Positions 61,408-64,000 of a stretch of 64,000 nucleotides of DNA are shown here, in pieces. Below the pieces are notes generated by a model. That model did no database searches, was not told the origin of the DNA, and saw nothing but the letters and a program-made list of their open reading frames with translations. The stretch covers positions 68,310,401-68,374,400 of the forward strand of contig NC_057718.1 in NCBI RefSeq assembly GCF_004010195.1. The letters run 5' to 3'. The translations under genes were made by a program, and so were the position numbers. Source of the DNA: Chiloscyllium plagiosum. Lineage: Eukaryota. Position 1 is the stretch's first letter. The number at the start of each line of letters is the position of its first letter.

Positions 61408-62223
61408 TGTTGAAACTTTATTGCTGGAACAGCACAGCAGGTCAGGCAGCATCCAGGGAACAGGAGATTTGACGTTTCGGGCACAGGCCCAGAAGGGCCT
61501 GTGCCCGAAACGTCGAATCTCCTGTTCCCTGGATGCTGCCTGACCTGCTGTGCTGTTCCAGCAATAAAGTTTCAACTTTGATCTCCAGCATCTGCAGACC
61601 TCACTTTCTCCNNNNNNNNNNNNNNNNNNNNNNNNNNNNNNNNNNNNNNNNNNNNNNNNNNNNNNNNNNNNNNNNNNNNNNNNNNNNNNNNNNNNNNNNN
61701 NNNNNNNNNNNNNNNNNNNNNNNNNNNNNNNNNNNNNNNNNNNNNNNNNNNNNNNNNNNNNNNNNNNNNNNNNNNNNNNNNNNNNNNNNNNNNNNNNNNN
61801 NNNNNNNNNNNNNNNNNNNNNNNNNNNNNNNNNNNNNNNNNNNNNNNNNNNNNNNNNNNNNNNNNNNNNNNNNNNNNNNNNNNNNNNNNNNNNNNNNNNN
61901 NNNNNNNNNNNNNNNNNNNNNNNNNNNNNNNNNNNNNNNNNNNNNNNNNNNNNNNNNNNNNNNNNNNNNNNNNNNNNNNNNNNNNNNNNNNNNNNNNNNN
62001 NNNNNNNNNNNNNNNNNNNNNNNNGGTTGGTGGGGTGGTAGGTGGGGGCCAGTGGGGTTCTGTCCTGGTGGCGGTTGGAGGGGCGGGGCTCAAGGGCGGA
62101 GGAGCGGGAAGTGGAGGAGATGCGGTGGAGGGCACCCTCGACCACGTCGGGGGGGAAAATTGCGGTCCTTGAAGAAGGAGGCCATCTGTGTTGTACGTAT
62201 TTTGAACTGGTCCTCCTGGGAGC
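61408..62223. mobile_element. Young Penelope insertion with terminal palindrome, spanning the assembly gap
   Basis: 10-bp TSD atctcatgga (61398-61407, 62224-62233); 82-bp inverted arms 61409-61490 / 61495-61576; minus-strand Penelope coding piece (RTPLAPTYHPTN) after the gap. Confidence 0.82.
61612..62024. other. Assembly gap (413 N)
   Basis: Run of N. Confidence 1.
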
Positions 62224-64000
62224 ATCTCATGGAATACAGGGAGAACTAGCTATTTGGATACAGAACTGGCTCCAAGGTAGAAAACAGAGGGTGGTGGTGA
62301 GGGGTTACTTTTCAGACTGGAGGTCTGTGACCAGTGGTGTGCCACAAGGATCAGTGCTGGGTCCGCTACTTTCCCTCATTTATATAAGTGATTTCGGACA
62401 TGAACATGAGAGGTATAGTTAGTAAGTTTGCAGATGACACCAAAATTGGAGGTGTAGTAGACAGCGAAAAAGGTTACTTCAGAGTACAACGGAATCTCGA
62501 TCAGATTGGCCAATGGGCTCAGGAGTGGCAAATGCATTGGTGTTGGGAGGTCATCTTGTGGCTGTACGGGACATTGGTTTGGCCATTTTTTGGAATATTG
62601 TGTGCAATTCTGGTTTCCTTCCTATCAGAAGAATGTTATGAAACCTGAAAAGGTTCAGAAAAGATTTACAAGCATGTTGCCAGGGTTGGAGTGTTTGAAT
62701 TATTGGGAGAGGCTGAATAGACTGGGAATGTTTTCCCTGGAGCATTGGAGGCTAAGGGGTGACCTTAGAGGTTTAAAATCATGAGCATGAGTAGGATAAA
62801 TGGTCAAGGTCTTTTCCCTGGAGTGGGGGAGTCCAGAACTAGAGGACATAGGTTTTGGGTGAGGGGAAAGATATAAAAAGGCCCTAAGGGTCAACATTTT
62901 CATGCAGAGGGTAGTGCGTATGTGGAATGAGCTGCCAGAGGAAGTGGTGGAGGCTGGTACAATTACAGCATTAATAAGGCATCTGGATGGGCTAATGAAT
63001 GGGAAGGGTTTAGAGGGATATGGGCCAAGTGCTGGCAAATTGGACTAGATTAGGTTAGAATACCTAGTTGGTATAGATGCATTGGATCAAAGGGTCTATA
63101 CATCGCCACAATGCTATGGAAATTTTGGTCAAACGTTTGCTAAAATTAGTTACCTTTTGAGCAAAATGCACGACATAGGAGTAGAGTTGATTGCAGAAAG
63201 GGGAGTCTCGAGTCGGTTTATTAAGAAAAAACTCAAGTCTGTAGGAAGGTTTTCTGAATACTGTGAAAGCATTTTGTCTTAAACTGTAGTGCCTGAAGAG
63301 ATTCTTAAAATTGAGCTACTGAATATCTGCTAAATGCCTTCCCAAATCTCCATTGTAGTTGCACGAAATGTGCACATTTCCATGCAAAAGTGTGCTTACT
63401 CTTTCTGTTCTCTCTCCCTACCCATCTTCATACTGATGGAGAAAGTACCCAAAACAGTGTAACTTAAAATGTAGTCATGTCATTCCACTTTGATGCCATG
63501 CACTTAATGGGACCAGTAATTGTGTTTTGCTTTGGAAGTTGCACTTTAACCATGTTTCTTGATGAATCTAATGTAGAATGGCATGTCCTGACTTTAATTT
63601 TGGAGTGGTGTCTCCCACTCCCCATCTTTCCCAGTTGCTCCCTGATTATCCCTCTTACTGACTCTCCTGATCTCCCCCTTTCTGTTTGCTCCAAAAGTTT
63701 AATGTGAAACCTGAAAATATTGGAAATACTCTCCAGATTTGGCAGCTTCGGAGGAAGAAAAAAAGCAGAGTTAATGTGTCTTTGTTTGTTTCATCAAAAC
63801 ATTCAGTACTTTGTTCAGAATGTGGTTTCTGGTGGGTAATTGATTCATTTGTTATCCCAGGAAGATTTGAGAGCTAACCGTCAGAGCAAGCAGGATTACT
63901 GAGCCTACACCTTGTTCAGACATTTAGTTTGAGGAATATTGCTTCTACCTCACTGATCCTTTTGTGCTTCTGACTGCACAGTGGCTTCATTCTGTCATTT

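Larger units (their letters stand above)
60105..63110 (+). mobile_element. CR1 ORF2 RT and 3' end with nested insertions
   Basis: [54 protein letters not shown]. Confidence 0.9.

Noticed and set aside
61297..62249. Long ORFs of 217-282 aa
   Set aside because: Artefacts of translating through the N gap.
42068..64000. ZDHHC14 exon 2 (expected CPYLA...TPAIP...SDPG)
   Set aside because: No matching sequence recognised; it probably lies beyond the window.
1..64000. CRISPR arrays or prokaryotic systems
   Set aside because: The sequence is spliced vertebrate DNA; no repeat-spacer array or operon-like structure seen.

Overview
Repeat-dense eukaryotic DNA, inferred to be from a shark because of its HE1-type SINEs and CR1/Penelope-dominated landscape. 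Two host genes lie head-to-head across a CpG-rich region, with start codons only 1,488 bp apart. TMEM242 is complete on the minus strand (4 coding exons, 40352->20472, 158 aa, missed by the ORF track). Coding exon 1 of ZDHHC14 is on the plus strand (41841-42067), and its intron 1 fills the rest of the window. The most unusual element is at the far left: a frameshifted, germline-joined VJ-type immunoglobulin exon (1108-1457, C...WY...DTAVYYC...FGTG in one exon, no RSS seen), followed by the start of a second, phase-matched V-domain exon (3017-~3125). Together these look like a decayed non-rearranging, multi-V antigen-receptor-like gene. The rest is nested transposon debris: CR1 LINEs, a near full-length L1, a Rex1/Babar LINE, tandem Tx1-like 3' ends, Gypsy and Copia remnants, two candidate solo LTRs, PIF/Harbinger transposase relics, and Penelope fragments carrying minimal hammerhead-ribozyme motifs and fold-back palindromes. 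There is one assembly gap (61612-62024). All calls were made by eye; repeat boundaries are approximate unless a target-site duplication (TSD) is quoted.
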